DNA of 63,962 nucleotides, filler included, from Olpidium bornovanus S191 (taxonomy: Eukaryota; Fungi; Olpidiomycota): NCBI GenBank assembly GCA_017911155.1. It is 34 parts of 34 records of this genome, joined end to end, with 100 filler letters (N's around TTAATTAATTAA, not from the genome) between each part and the next. Parts side by side here need not be neighbours in the genome. Positions count along the whole stretch, not along the records: positions 36,068 to 37,709 come from JAEFCI010010844.1; positions 37,810 to 38,985 come from JAEFCI010001374.1; positions 39,086 to 40,274 come from JAEFCI010005875.1; positions 40,375 to 44,337 come from JAEFCI010012404.1; positions 44,438 to 45,869 come from JAEFCI010007119.1; positions 45,970 to 48,723 come from JAEFCI010009538.1; 28 more parts are not named here. One strand, 5' to 3'. How positions within the stretch are numbered: the first letter of the stretch is position 1; each line of letters starts with the position of its first letter. The position numbers were made by a program, and so were the translations under genes. Below the pieces are notes generated by a model that searched no databases, was not told where the DNA came from, and saw only the letters and a program-made list of their open reading frames with translations. This document shows positions 36,491 through 48,823 of the stretch, one piece after another.

Positions 36491-37009
36491 GAAAACAAAT
36501 GCCGTTATCCATAACACCGCGATTAACATTCACAATCTCAACCATTCGCCAGCCATTCTTGTGGGAGGTATCTGGTCTGTCGGGTGTCCCTGGAGCTTCA
36601 AGGGGGGTCAATGCCACTAGCCCCTCTCCGCTGGCCTCTGCCCCACTTGAAGGAGAATGGAACCCAGTGCTGACACAGAAACACTACAAGCACAGCAAAC
36701 AGTATGCACAGTATAATTTGGCCGAGGAGCAATGTAATACATAATCCTAACTTGAATAATAATATCCAGAGCCGAGAAAGGGGGCTGGCGGGTGTGCAGG
36801 ACTCAGGAAGAAGCGTAAACAGGAAGTTTCCTTCAGAGCGTCCCGACGCTACTACTCCAGGTCTCATTTGTAAGGCAGATAACTAGGGACGTTACGGGGG
36901 GACGAAAGGGGGAAACGCGGGGCCCATTTCTTTTACAGTTAGGATTAAAGGAGGTGGGCGGGTGCGTAAGGACCGCTCGGCCCCACCCATGGCGTCCTCA
37001 CCTCCAAAA

Positions 37010-37709
37010 TAAAGGATCTTTTTTTTCGGACGTGCAAATCTTCTTTCTTTTGAGACGTGCAAATCTTCTGTTTTTCGGGATGTGTAAATCTTCTTTTTTA
37101 TGCGTGGTTCGAATCTTCTTTCATTTTGCGAGTTTTGCGAATTGCGAATCTTCTTTTTTATGCGATGTGCGAATCTTCTTTTTTTATGCGATGCAAATAT
37201 TCTTTTTTTGCGACATGCGAATCTTCTTTTCTTTCGACGTGCGAATCTTCGTTTTTTGCAACGTGCGAATCATCTTTTTTTTGAGACTTTCGCGACTTGC
37301 GAATGTTCTTTTTTTGCGATGCGCGAAACTTCGTTTTTTTGCGACTTGCGAAACTTTTTTTTTGGCGACGTGCGAATCTCCGTTTTTTTGCGATGTGCAA
37401 ATCTTCTTTTTTTTGCGACGAATCTTCTTTTTTGCGATACGCGAAATTTTTTTTCTTTGCGCCTTGCGAGTCTTCTTTTTTTTGCGACCTGCGAATCTTC
37501 CTTTTTATGCGAAGTGCGAATCTTCTTTTTTTTGCGACGTGCGAATCTTCTTTTATGCGACGTTCAAATCTTTTTTTGATGTGCAAATCTTCTTTTTTTT
37601 TGCTACGTGCGAATCTTCTGTTTTATGCGACGTGCGAATCTTCTTTTTTTTTCGACGTGCGAATCTTCTTTTTTTTTGCGACGCGCAAATCTTCCTTATT
37701 TTCGACATG
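37010..37709. repeat. Minisatellite with a 21-23 bp unit, consensus about GCGACGTGCGAATCTTC(T)n, roughly 30 copies
   Basis: The GCGAATCTTC core followed by a variable T-run recurs continuously up to the contig end. Confidence 0.93.
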
Positions 37710-37881
37710 NNNNNNNNNNNNNNNNNNNNNNNNNNNNNNNNNNNNNNNNNNNNTTAATTAATTAANNNNNNNNNNNNNNNNNNNNNNNNNNNNNNNNNNN
37801 NNNNNNNNNCACGACGAAGCGCCCGAAGCCCGAGCGGCACCTCTTCCGCCGAGATACAGAAGAGCAAATAAGCCCTACGCA

Positions 37882-38978
37882 ATGGGGAAAAAGGGGAAAC
37901 AGGATTTGCCCTTGCACAAGGTCATCATGGTCGGGTCTGGAGGCGTTGGGAAGTCCGCGCTGACGCTGCAGGCATGTCTAAAAGAAAATGAGCACGTTAT
38001 ACGTCCAAAGTTCCACTGCCTGGCTTTCCCACCTCCCCACCCCAGATCTCTCTCTTTCTTTCTCTCAATCTTGCTCGGACCTAACCATCTTCCGAAGAGG
38101 ACGGGAAGAAAGGGGAAGACCAGAAGGCTAAGTCGACGAAATTGATTTTCGTTTTCTTTCCTCTCAGTTCATGTACGGTGACTTTGTCGAAGAGTACGAC
38201 CCGACCAAGGCCGACTCCTACCGCAAGAAAGTCATGTTGGATGACGCGGAATGCCAGATAGACATACTTGACACCGCGGGCCAGGAGGAGTACGCGGCGG
38301 TGCGTCGAGGGAGGCGATGGAGAGTCCGACGGGACGGGACTTGGCTGCAGCGTCCGACTAGGCGCGGTTCAGGGCGATTCTGGCCAAACTCTGTTTATTC
38401 TGCTTTTCCGTTGACGACCGTGGAACCGACCCGTCCCTTCCCCAGATTCGGGACAACTATTATCGGAGCGGGGAAGGCTTTCTCTGCGTGTTCTCCATAT
38501 GCGAGCACGAGTCGTTCGTTCACACGCAAGAGTTTCGGGATCAGATTCTGCGGGTCTTGGACGACGAGACGGTACGCGAGAGATTTTTCGAATGCTCGAT
38601 CCACGCCCTTCTTTCTCCACCCCTTCCCCTCCATTCTCCAACGGGCAAAAAAAAACCCACCCGACCAAATTTATTCTCATATGTCCGCATGGCATTTTTT
38701 TTGGACTGGGCGAAAAATAATTCGAAATCATATCACCGCAGGTCCCGTTCATCTTGGTCGGCAACAAGTGCGACCTGGATCACCTCCGCAAGGTGACGCA
38801 GCGGGAAGCGGAGGCGAAGGCGGCGGAGTGGAAGTGCAGTTACGTGGAGACGTCGGCCAAGACGCGCAAAAACGTCGAGGAGGTGTACCTGGGCCTCCTG
38901 CGCAAGATCCGGGAGCGGAAAGAAGGGGCAAAGCAGAAGGACTGCCACTCAAAGAGAGGGAGGTGTGAATTGCTGTGA
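37882..38978 (+). CDS. RAL: Ral-type small GTPase, complete, 4 exons
   Basis: Exons 37882-37971, 38168-38299, 38446-38571 and 38742-38978. [40 protein letters not shown] (Ral-specific switch I PTKADSY), [20 protein letters not shown]-terminal CaaX CELL. Confidence 0.95.
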
Positions 38979-39479
38979 GAGGGCGNNNNNNNNNNNNNNN
39001 NNNNNNNNNNNNNNNNNNNNNNNNNNNNNTTAATTAATTAANNNNNNNNNNNNNNNNNNNNNNNNNNNNNNNNNNNNNNNNNNNNCATGTGCGCAACTGG
39101 ATCATAAAAGGACAGCGCAATGGCCAAATCTTCCGACAAAATTAAAAAATAAATGAATAAATAAAGAAAAATAAAAGTTCGGAGCCCTCTGCGGCACATC
39201 ACCTGGATGATGAACGCAACCGGCATAGCTCCGGGCCGTTGGAAAATATCGGATTCCAGGCCGCAGCGGCCGGCAGACGGAGAAGCCCCGCCCTACGGCG
39301 TCTACTCCGATTCACGGCGCCACGGACATACGCGGGGCTGCTGCGAAATTGGCGCTCCTCCCTTCCTTTCCCCCCCGCGCACTGGGAAAAAGGGCGCGTG
39401 GAATCGTGGATCCTTATTCACCGTCTGACGCGGAATTTCTCTCCGGTCTCCTTATTCCCCGCCGCCAAAACAAAAAATA

Positions 39480-40252
39480 ACCCCACAGCTCGTCGTAGTG
39501 AACATCGATAACAATAAGTGTTTCGAAATTCCGCTTCTCCAAGTCCTGCAAGGTCCCTTTCAGCAAAGCTCCACGGCATTGTCGGAGGAAGACGACCCTT
39601 TCTTAAATGTTTCCCCGCACTGCACGGGCATACATAGTCTGGCAGTGAACCCGTCCGGCACGATGCTGGCTGTCGGTGCAGGGCAGCCAATGGGCGTCAC
39701 CATCTCCCGCCTGCCTACGCTCGAGCCGCTTGCTGCGCTTACCGTGAGTTTCCTTTTTTTTTCTTTTCCTTTTTTGTTTTGCTTTTAGTTTTGCCTAAAA
39801 TTTCAGAAAACCCGTGGACTTTTTTTAATTCTGTTTGTTAGTTTGCGGGTCGCGCCAGACGATGACAACTCTCATACTGTCGCGCGCGCAAAACGTGTTC
39901 AGGGCCACACCGACATGGTCTTCGCCATCGCATGGATGAACGACGACATTTTGGTGTCAGGTAACCCCATCGCGGAACGCGCCGAGCTTTCGGGTCGTGC
40001 GCCGGCCGGTTGGGTTCGGAGGGGGGGGGTTGAACGTTGTTGCGGAGCGGACAATCTATACGGCGTGTTTCCTGTAACTGCAGGTTCCCGGGACATGTCT
40101 CTGCAGGTCTGGTCGGCCTCGAGCTCGGAGGTCGCTCAGGTTTCCATATTAGACATGATCTTAAAGGTCAGAGGTCCTATGCTGGCGTTGAAAGAGCACA
40201 AGAGCAAGGTACGGGATCTGAAATACAACCGCAATACAAAGGCAAGTATCTG
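39480..40252 (+). CDS. DCAF12-like WD40 protein, internal exons
   Basis: FEIPLL...CTGIHSLAVNPSGTMLAVG...RLPTLEPL..|GHTDMVFAIAWMNDDILVSG|SRDMSLQVW...KVRDL, matching the DCAF12 pattern CGIHAIELNP..RLPTLDP..GHxDWIFSIAW...SGSRD. Confidence 0.8.
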
Positions 40253-40785
40253 CCCCATTTCTTTTACCTCGCAANNNNNNNNNNNNNNNNNNNNNNNNNN
40301 NNNNNNNNNNNNNNNNNNTTAATTAATTAANNNNNNNNNNNNNNNNNNNNNNNNNNNNNNNNNNNNNNNNNNNNCATGATATAGTGGCCCTACGTAAACC
40401 AGTCTGCGGGGGGGGGGGGAAGGAACGCGCCACTCCCGACGGGAAAAAAATGAATAAATAAATAAAATAAAGTAAAAAGAAAAAGAAAAGAAAAAGAAAA
40501 GAACAACAAAAAGAAAAAAGAAAAAAACGAAAAGTAAAAAAGAGAAAGAAAGGAAAAAAGAAGAAGGAAAAAAAAACGCTCTCCCCGGAGAAGTTTGATT
40601 TGAAAAAGAGGTTCCTCTCCCCCATACGCTAACGCCCCTCCGCTGCTTAAAAAAAAAAAAAAAAAAAAAAACGCGTACCCGCTTTCCGTTTCCTCTCCGC
40701 CCACCGCCCCGCCGCCCCGCGGAAAAACCACCCGCTCGACCGCTCTGCGCCACGGGAGACTGCCGACGGCGACGCCTGCGCAGAA

Positions 40786-43700
40786 ATGGCCCAGGGGTCC
40801 GCGGACAAGGCCGAGCACCATGCTGGCCTGGTGCTGTACCGCTTGTCGCCGACGACGGGTGCCGCCGAGGTTCTGCTCTTCAACGACGTACGCAATTCAA
40901 CTCCAAACGCCCCGGTTACCCTCGGGCGCACGAAACCCCGCGACCGGTTGACACAGGAGGAGTGTGAAGACCGCACGTTGAACTTCCCCACGTTGAACTT
41001 TTTGCCAGTGTGCTTCGCCATCCTTTTAATTTGAAACTTTTCTGTCAGCGGTGGACTAACTTTCCTACTACACCGAACGCGCGCGTGCGTTGCGTTTGCG
41101 GGGTGCCTGCCGAATCCGCACACGATAAACGTGGGCGTTCCGCTCGCGCGTTGGCGTTGCGTGACTGAAGAGCTTTTCTCCAAAGGTTTGCTTTATTAGG
41201 CTCACGATCCGCTGCCGGCAGATTCGCTGACCTTAAATCCTCGTATTGCTCACGCAGCGACATTGGACACCGGCGAAGGGAAAAGTCGTTGGTTCTGAAA
41301 CTGATTTGAAGTACGTAACCGAACCATTTAGGAAGTGGGCTTTGGCGTCACGGAGGCATCTACTTACCTGTACGCCGGCCGCCCGACAGCTGCGCAAGGC
41401 GTCAAGTCGGCGAACTTACGGGGCTAGCTCCGAAGGATTACATGGTGGAAGATGACTTTAGGGTTGAGATTAAGTACCTCGCCGACACAAGGTGCGTCAA
41501 CGTTGACTTCGTACTTGTTCGCCAATAAATGAATGAACACGCGTACGGTTACTGGGACAACGCTTGACTTCTTCGTTTACCCAGACCAAAACGCGTAGTG
41601 TATCTTTTGGCGCACGTTTCGGACCAGGCGAGAATCGTGCCAGCGGGAGAAGGGATAAGTTTTGCATGGCTACCCGTGCAATCCGCACTGGACAAGTCGA
41701 TGTTTCGAAGCATGCATGACGTCCTCAGGAAGGCTTTCGAGTATATTGAGAAAGTGCGAGCCGCACGGGTCCCGCCGCCTGGTGCCATACTTGGAACTGG
41801 CGGAAGTCACCATTTCCGGACGCCGCATGAACTTGATCAGAGATTTTTGCGGAGCATGAATTTAGGGTCGCTGGAGGGGCAATTCAGTCGGCACCCGAGT
41901 CCAACACACAGCCCAGGTCAACAGCAATGGGGCGAAAGGCCTGGGGATGAGGAACGGTACTCACCCGGACCGCGCGTCGGTGGCAGTGAACCGCCGAGTG
42001 GCACAGCGGAGAGCACACTTTACAAAACGCGCCTGTGCGAGCGGTTTGAGAACGAAGGGCACTGCTCCTTTAGCTCCAAATGCTCGTTCGCCCACGGCTT
42101 GTATGAACTTCGCGAACGGCCCTTGCATCACAGCCGCAACGGCGGGCCGTCCCAGGCGGGGCCCGCAAGCGAAAACCGGCTGTTTAAGACGAAGCTTTGC
42201 GACAGATTTGCGCGCGAAGGGACCTGTGGCTATGGTTCCGCCTGCAACTTCGCTCACGGGGAGGCCGAGCTGCGTGAGCGACCCTCACCGCCGTTTGGCA
42301 GGACTCATTCGCGGGACGGCGAAGATGGCGACTCGGCGACGTGGGCGTCCTCCCTGCCCCGGCCTGGGGGTGAGAGGAAGTCCCGCCCACCATCCGAAGA
42401 ATGCCAGCTCCGTCCAGAGTCTCCTGGATTATTGGTGATGAAGCATCATCCTGGCACTTACGCCTTTAAGATGAGGTTGAATTCCGAGAAAGATCAAACA
42501 GTTGCGGCGACTACGTCTGCTGCGGGACCTGTCGAGTCCGGATCTGGAGTTCGACGAAGTCCCGCACGTCCGACGGAGGCGGAGTAGGTGTTTTCGCGCA
42601 CATCGAGTTAGCTTTATTGTTCCGAATGTCGCTTTTCTTTGGACCATTTTGTTTTCCGTATCCACACGATTTCTTAAACACCTCCCATCTCCCTCTTGTC
42701 GGCAGCTCTCAGCTAGCGAATCATGCCGACGGCTCTTACCGACAAGCAACGCCTGGCAGTACGCGAGGCGACGTCGATGCGGGTAGCGGCACGAAGGGTC
42801 TGACAAGCGCAGCGGCGTCAAATATGCGGTCCAGCGGCCGCGGAGACGCCCGAAAGAACGTTTCTCTTAAAGAACTGTTAAGTCAAGAAAAGGTATGAAC
42901 AAAGGCGCAACGTTTTGTTTTCTCTGCTCCTTCCACCCGCCTTCCCCCCACATTTACCCTTACTTCTTCCTTGGTTGTTATGCACCGGCCAAGATCAACG
43001 TCTCATACTTTTCTCTCCACATCCACTTCCCCAATTTTGCCGCTCCATTTTAGACAGAACAGGACCGAGCGTGGGTCCAGGTAGTGGAATATTTCGGAGA
43101 CGAACAAGAGAAAGTTAGGTTAGAGTAGACCGATGCCGTGTATAAGGTGCGTCGTGCATACGACAGGTTGTTTAGAATAACACTTTCGGTGAAGTCGGCC
43201 ACCTCCGAAGGTCCAGCAGCGGAAGCCGCCGAGTAAAGAGGAGCAGCTCGCAGCGGAGCTGAAGGAGTTTATGACAGGCAGCTTGGCGACCCTTCAATCC
43301 GCCGGCCCCGGTCCCGAGCAACAGAAGCTCTTTGCCGCGGAGATCAAAGGTACAAGAAATGGTTGCTTTTTTGGGGTTTCTGCTTTAGGGCTTCGTCTAT
43401 GCTTATGAAGCGCGTGAGACGGCTGACAGCGACGGAATGTGTTTGTGTTCCACAGAGGTCACCAGAATAGAGTTCCGGAATGATTTGTCAAAGCCGCAGT
43501 TATTCAACGTGCTGGTGCCAAGCTTGTGCGACGCCCCAGAATCGTTTGCGAAGAACCTGAAGCTGCGAATGCAGCTGATGAAGACAGTGAGTGTTTTCCA
43601 AGCAATTTGCGAACAGCTGTCTGCTCTACTTTCTTTAGCTCTACACGGAGAAGGGGTATCTACGTATTCGCTCTACTTCATCGCTAGTTCCCCTTGTACT

Positions 43701-43967
43701 TCGTTGCCTCGACGTTACCAGTTCGTCCGCTCCACAGCAGACCAGACTGCCTGGATCAATGCGTGGGAGCGGTGGCTTGCCAAGAATCCAGTGTTCCTTC
43801 CGCGCAGCGCTGCCGTATTCAAATTTTTCTATGACGTGGAGCTCGTTGAGGAGGACGCGTTTCTGATGTGGCACGCGGGACCTGTAGCCGCGGGGGGGAG
43901 CGCTGAAGTCCGCGAAAAGGTCCGACCGTTTATTGAGTGGCTGCAGAGTGCCGAAGAAGAGGATTGA
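40786..43967 (+). CDS. Multidomain protein: degenerate Nudix domain, 2 CCCH zinc fingers and a C-terminal W2 domain
   Basis: Proposed exons 40786-40887, 41171-41185, 41258-41310, 41390-41491, 41585-42583, 42706-42892, 43054-43118, 43195-43349, 43456-43586 and 43722-43967, all GT-AG and frame-compatible. The exon 7/8 boundaries are the least certain. Confidence 0.8.
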
Positions 43968-44438
43968 GGATTATGATCCGCCGCGCTACGAAGTACGCAC
44001 CGATTTGTTTCGTCGGAGGGAGGGGGGGGGAAATCTTTTTGGATCTCTTTCCTTATTCAAGTGACCCTTTCTCTGGAATCTTGGAAGAGCTGAATTTTTC
44101 GTTTCTTCGTTTTCCTTTCCCTTTCTTTGTTTTTCCTGTTCTTTTTTCTTCTTCTTTCTTATTTCTCTTTTTTTTTTTTCTGTTTCGTGTTCCGCGCGCC
44201 CACTAAAGGAAGTTTCACCAAGGTGGAGAACAATTCTAGGACTCGGAGAAAAACTCCCGGTCCAAACTTTTTCTCCCCCACTTGGTTATTCTTGTTCCCG
44301 TCTACGCCGCCGGCCGGATTTTAATCTCTGCCACATGNNNNNNNNNNNNNNNNNNNNNNNNNNNNNNNNNNNNNNNNNNNNTTAATTAATTAANNNNNNN
44401 NNNNNNNNNNNNNNNNNNNNNNNNNNNNNNNNNNNNNC

Positions 44439-45869
<1,431 letters not shown>

Positions 45870-46042
45870 NNNNNNNNNNNNNNNNNNNNNNNNNNNNNNN
45901 NNNNNNNNNNNNNTTAATTAATTAANNNNNNNNNNNNNNNNNNNNNNNNNNNNNNNNNNNNNNNNNNNNTAATAAAAATTTAATGGATTATCACCTTGTT
46001 CCCAAAACAGGCGGACGGGAGTAACGTTTTAGGAATAAGCAC

Positions 46043-47119
46043 CATTCTTCGAACTGCGCTCGTGTCCATTCGAACCGGTGGTCGTCATGACGCATGTAGG
46101 TCCCGCGCGGCGTGAGTTTAAGACCATCGAAGTGAACGTTAAATTCCACTGCGTGCAAGGCAGCGTAACGGGGAGAGTGTGAAAGAAGCAGTAAAGCACC
46201 GCCAAGAACGCTGCAACCTACAGGGCCATACCATTGGGTGTCGAGATTACGACAACCTTTGGACGGTAATCGCCGAAAAGTGTTTTCGGCAGGGCAGCGA
46301 GGACAGGCGGATCCAAATGTTCAATCCTGCAGAGAAATTCGAAGTCAGTGTCCGCTGCGTGTTGGTACTTTCCTGATGGCATTGGGATAGGTACGCACAC
46401 TTCAATGCATATCGCCGCATCAAACCCCCGGAGCCTGTCGTCTGCAACTGCCACGGATCCTGCAGGGCGCGCCGGTAGGACCGTGTCGGTGCCATTTCAA
46501 AAAATTCGTTTGTTTCCCGGGCCCCTCGGCTTCCGCGCCAGGACGACCTCGAACCAAACCTTCATACAGCTCGACCACGAGAGGCGAATGCCGCAGGTGG
46601 GTAAAGTCGGCCTCCCAAGGCTTGCAAGCCTCGGACGCCCGCTTAATCTCCTCCGGGTCGATGTCCACACCCGCCAACCTGCACACGCTTGGACCGGCAC
46701 CGCCGCAAGGTATAAGGAAAGCCAGGTGGGAGCCCTCACCGCATCCAATGTCGAGGACCTGCGACCGGCCGGAGCCGACGTGGGACAATGTGCGGGATTT
46801 TAGGAGGTTATTTCCATCGTTGGTCGCGAGCTGCGCGCATGGGCTGCGCCCGGCGTTTCGAGCGGGGGGAGGGAGATGAGGGGGGGGGGGCACGCACCGA
46901 GACGACATCCCTATCTCGGAGGATCCCGGCCGCCAGCAACCGCCTTTGGCGCCAAAGCGGCGGAGAGAACAACGCCGTCTCCCCGACGTCACGCTTTTCC
47001 CCTTCAAAGTCAGGTTTTTCTTCCTCCGCCGAGCCGCAGGCGACCGCAGGTTCCGCAGCCAACGCTGCGTCGCAACACGCTTCGGGCGCAGAAGAAGCAC
47101 GGTTGACATGGCCAGCCAT
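46043..47119 (-). CDS. HEN1: HEN1/HENMT1 small-RNA 2'-O-methyltransferase, 5 exons, 3' end truncated
   Basis: FSPPLWRQR, VLDIGCGEG, GVDID, FDAAICIEV|IEHL, TPN.EFN, RHDDHRFEWTRAQFEEW; the metal ligands are intact. Confidence 0.95.
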
Positions 47120-47950
47120 GGTCCCGGACACAACACAGCCCCGAGTGGCCGGGTGAGCTGGTTTTGCCTTTTTTTTTTCTCCTTCTTTTGCTTTTTGCCC
47201 CGTTGCTTTTTGGGTGGCGGAGTGAATGCGCGCCGGCAACCAGGAGCGGAAATGAGGAAAAGTTTTCTTCTTCCCCGGCGACGCGACACCAGGCCCGGAA
47301 GATTTGCGCGCAGGGAAACCTGAGACAGAGCCGGCACCCGCTCCGTCAAGGCGACTCCGGCCCCTGTGCCCGCGCAATCGTCGTTCGTGAGCCGGGAAGT
47401 GGCAAAAGCACGGCCGGCCGAACGGTGGGGTGCGGTCTGGTCCAAGAAGAAATCTGTTGCGGTCGGTTGTTCAAGTTCGCGACGCTTTCTCCGCAGCCAC
47501 GCCGGCGCGTCGGTTTGATGCCTTATTTAACAACGGTTAAAAAATAAATAAACAAAATAGTAAAAAATATGTTTGTGTATAATATAAGAGAATTCTTGCC
47601 GACCTTGACGGTATGCACACACCTTCCGACTTTGGCTCCTTCAGCGCGTCCGCAAACGCTTGAAGCCTTACTTCCCCGCACCGGCTTCAGGCCTTCCGAG
47701 CACGCCGTGTCGAACGTTTCCTTCGCGCGCGCACCGCTCAAAATCCTCCTCCGCGCACACCGTTTGAAATCTCTGTTTTCCGTGCACGTCGCTTCGAACG
47801 CCTGCTTCCGCGCACATCGCTTCGACGGTTTCGGGCCTCCGTTCGTATCTCGCCCGGAATATACGCTCCCCGTAACTTTTTCCCGCATCCACAACCCGAT
47901 TCACGCATGCATGGAGACAAATGTGACTCGCCTTTCTTTTCGTGTTTAGC

Positions 47951-48320
47951 AGCGCGGGAGCTCAATTTGATCCGTACCAACGGCCGGCAATTGACAAGAA
48001 CTCCGTGAAAGACAAGGTACGCCAATTTGCGGAGTGGCCATCGCCTGGCCGTGCATGTGCCTCGAAACGCATTTGCCAATCTGTAGAAGGCGAAGTTAAA
48101 GATGGTCGTTTTCGGGCTCGTCACCGTCGCAATCGTCGGGCACATTCCCAACCTGGTTTTTTTGTAATGGGGTTTCAAAAGCCTGACCAGCACGGATTTG
48201 ACGCCCGGAAGTAGGAAATTTTTTCTGGACATCGTCAACAACTTACTCAGCGTGGCCAGCAGAGTCGGCTCCTACGTCGAAACGACGATGAGATCCTGCG
48301 TTTACTTTCAAGAAACTCAG
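47951..48320 (+). pseudogene. Possible disrupted membrane-protein gene fragment
   Basis: Two exon-like blocks with splice sites. The second encodes a TM-like stretch (MVVFGLVTVAIVGHIPNLVFL), an in-frame TAA at 48165-48167, then about 50 more open codons. Confidence 0.35.
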
Positions 48321-48823
48321 AGTTGCTTTGATGCTTTTACATTTTGCTTTTTCTTTTTTTCCGTTTTTTTTTTTTCCTTTTTTTCGTCGTTTTCATTTTT
48401 TATTTTTCTTGCTTTCTTTTGCTTTTTTTTTCTTTTTTTTTTCTTTTATTTTTATCTTTGTTTTTTTGGGCCCTTCTTCAATTGGATGTCCTCAGACCGC
48501 TAAATCACGTTTTTACGTTACAGAATCTCCGCCTTTGCCTACAAAAATTTCTGCGCGAGGCATAGATTTGAATTCTGCGCTACGGGAAGGCGTCCACTTT
48601 TTGGCTCGTTTTTTTTTTTTCCGGATGCTGAATACGCGGTAAACAAAAGCCCTTTCTTCTTTTTTTGATGCTGATCACGCGGTGAAGAAAGCTTTCCTGT
48701 AGTACAAAATTGTACAAACATGANNNNNNNNNNNNNNNNNNNNNNNNNNNNNNNNNNNNNNNNNNNNTTAATTAATTAANNNNNNNNNNNNNNNNNNNNN
48801 NNNNNNNNNNNNNNNNNNNNNNN

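Noticed and set aside
37010-37709. CRISPR array, or the Phe/Cys-rich and Lys-rich ORFs in the ORF track
   Set aside because: There are no unique spacers and the context is eukaryotic; the ORFs are translations of a minisatellite.
29398-38978. RalGAP-beta, Ral (plus Sec3 and a RasGEF elsewhere) as a signalling gene cluster
   Set aside because: They lie on different concatenated contigs, so co-occurrence in the window carries no linkage information.
41411-41430. Apparent frameshift or stop in the Nudix box
   Set aside because: The ORF-track translation (RTYGASSEG) requires four G, giving ACG GGG CTA (T-G-L), so the frame is intact.
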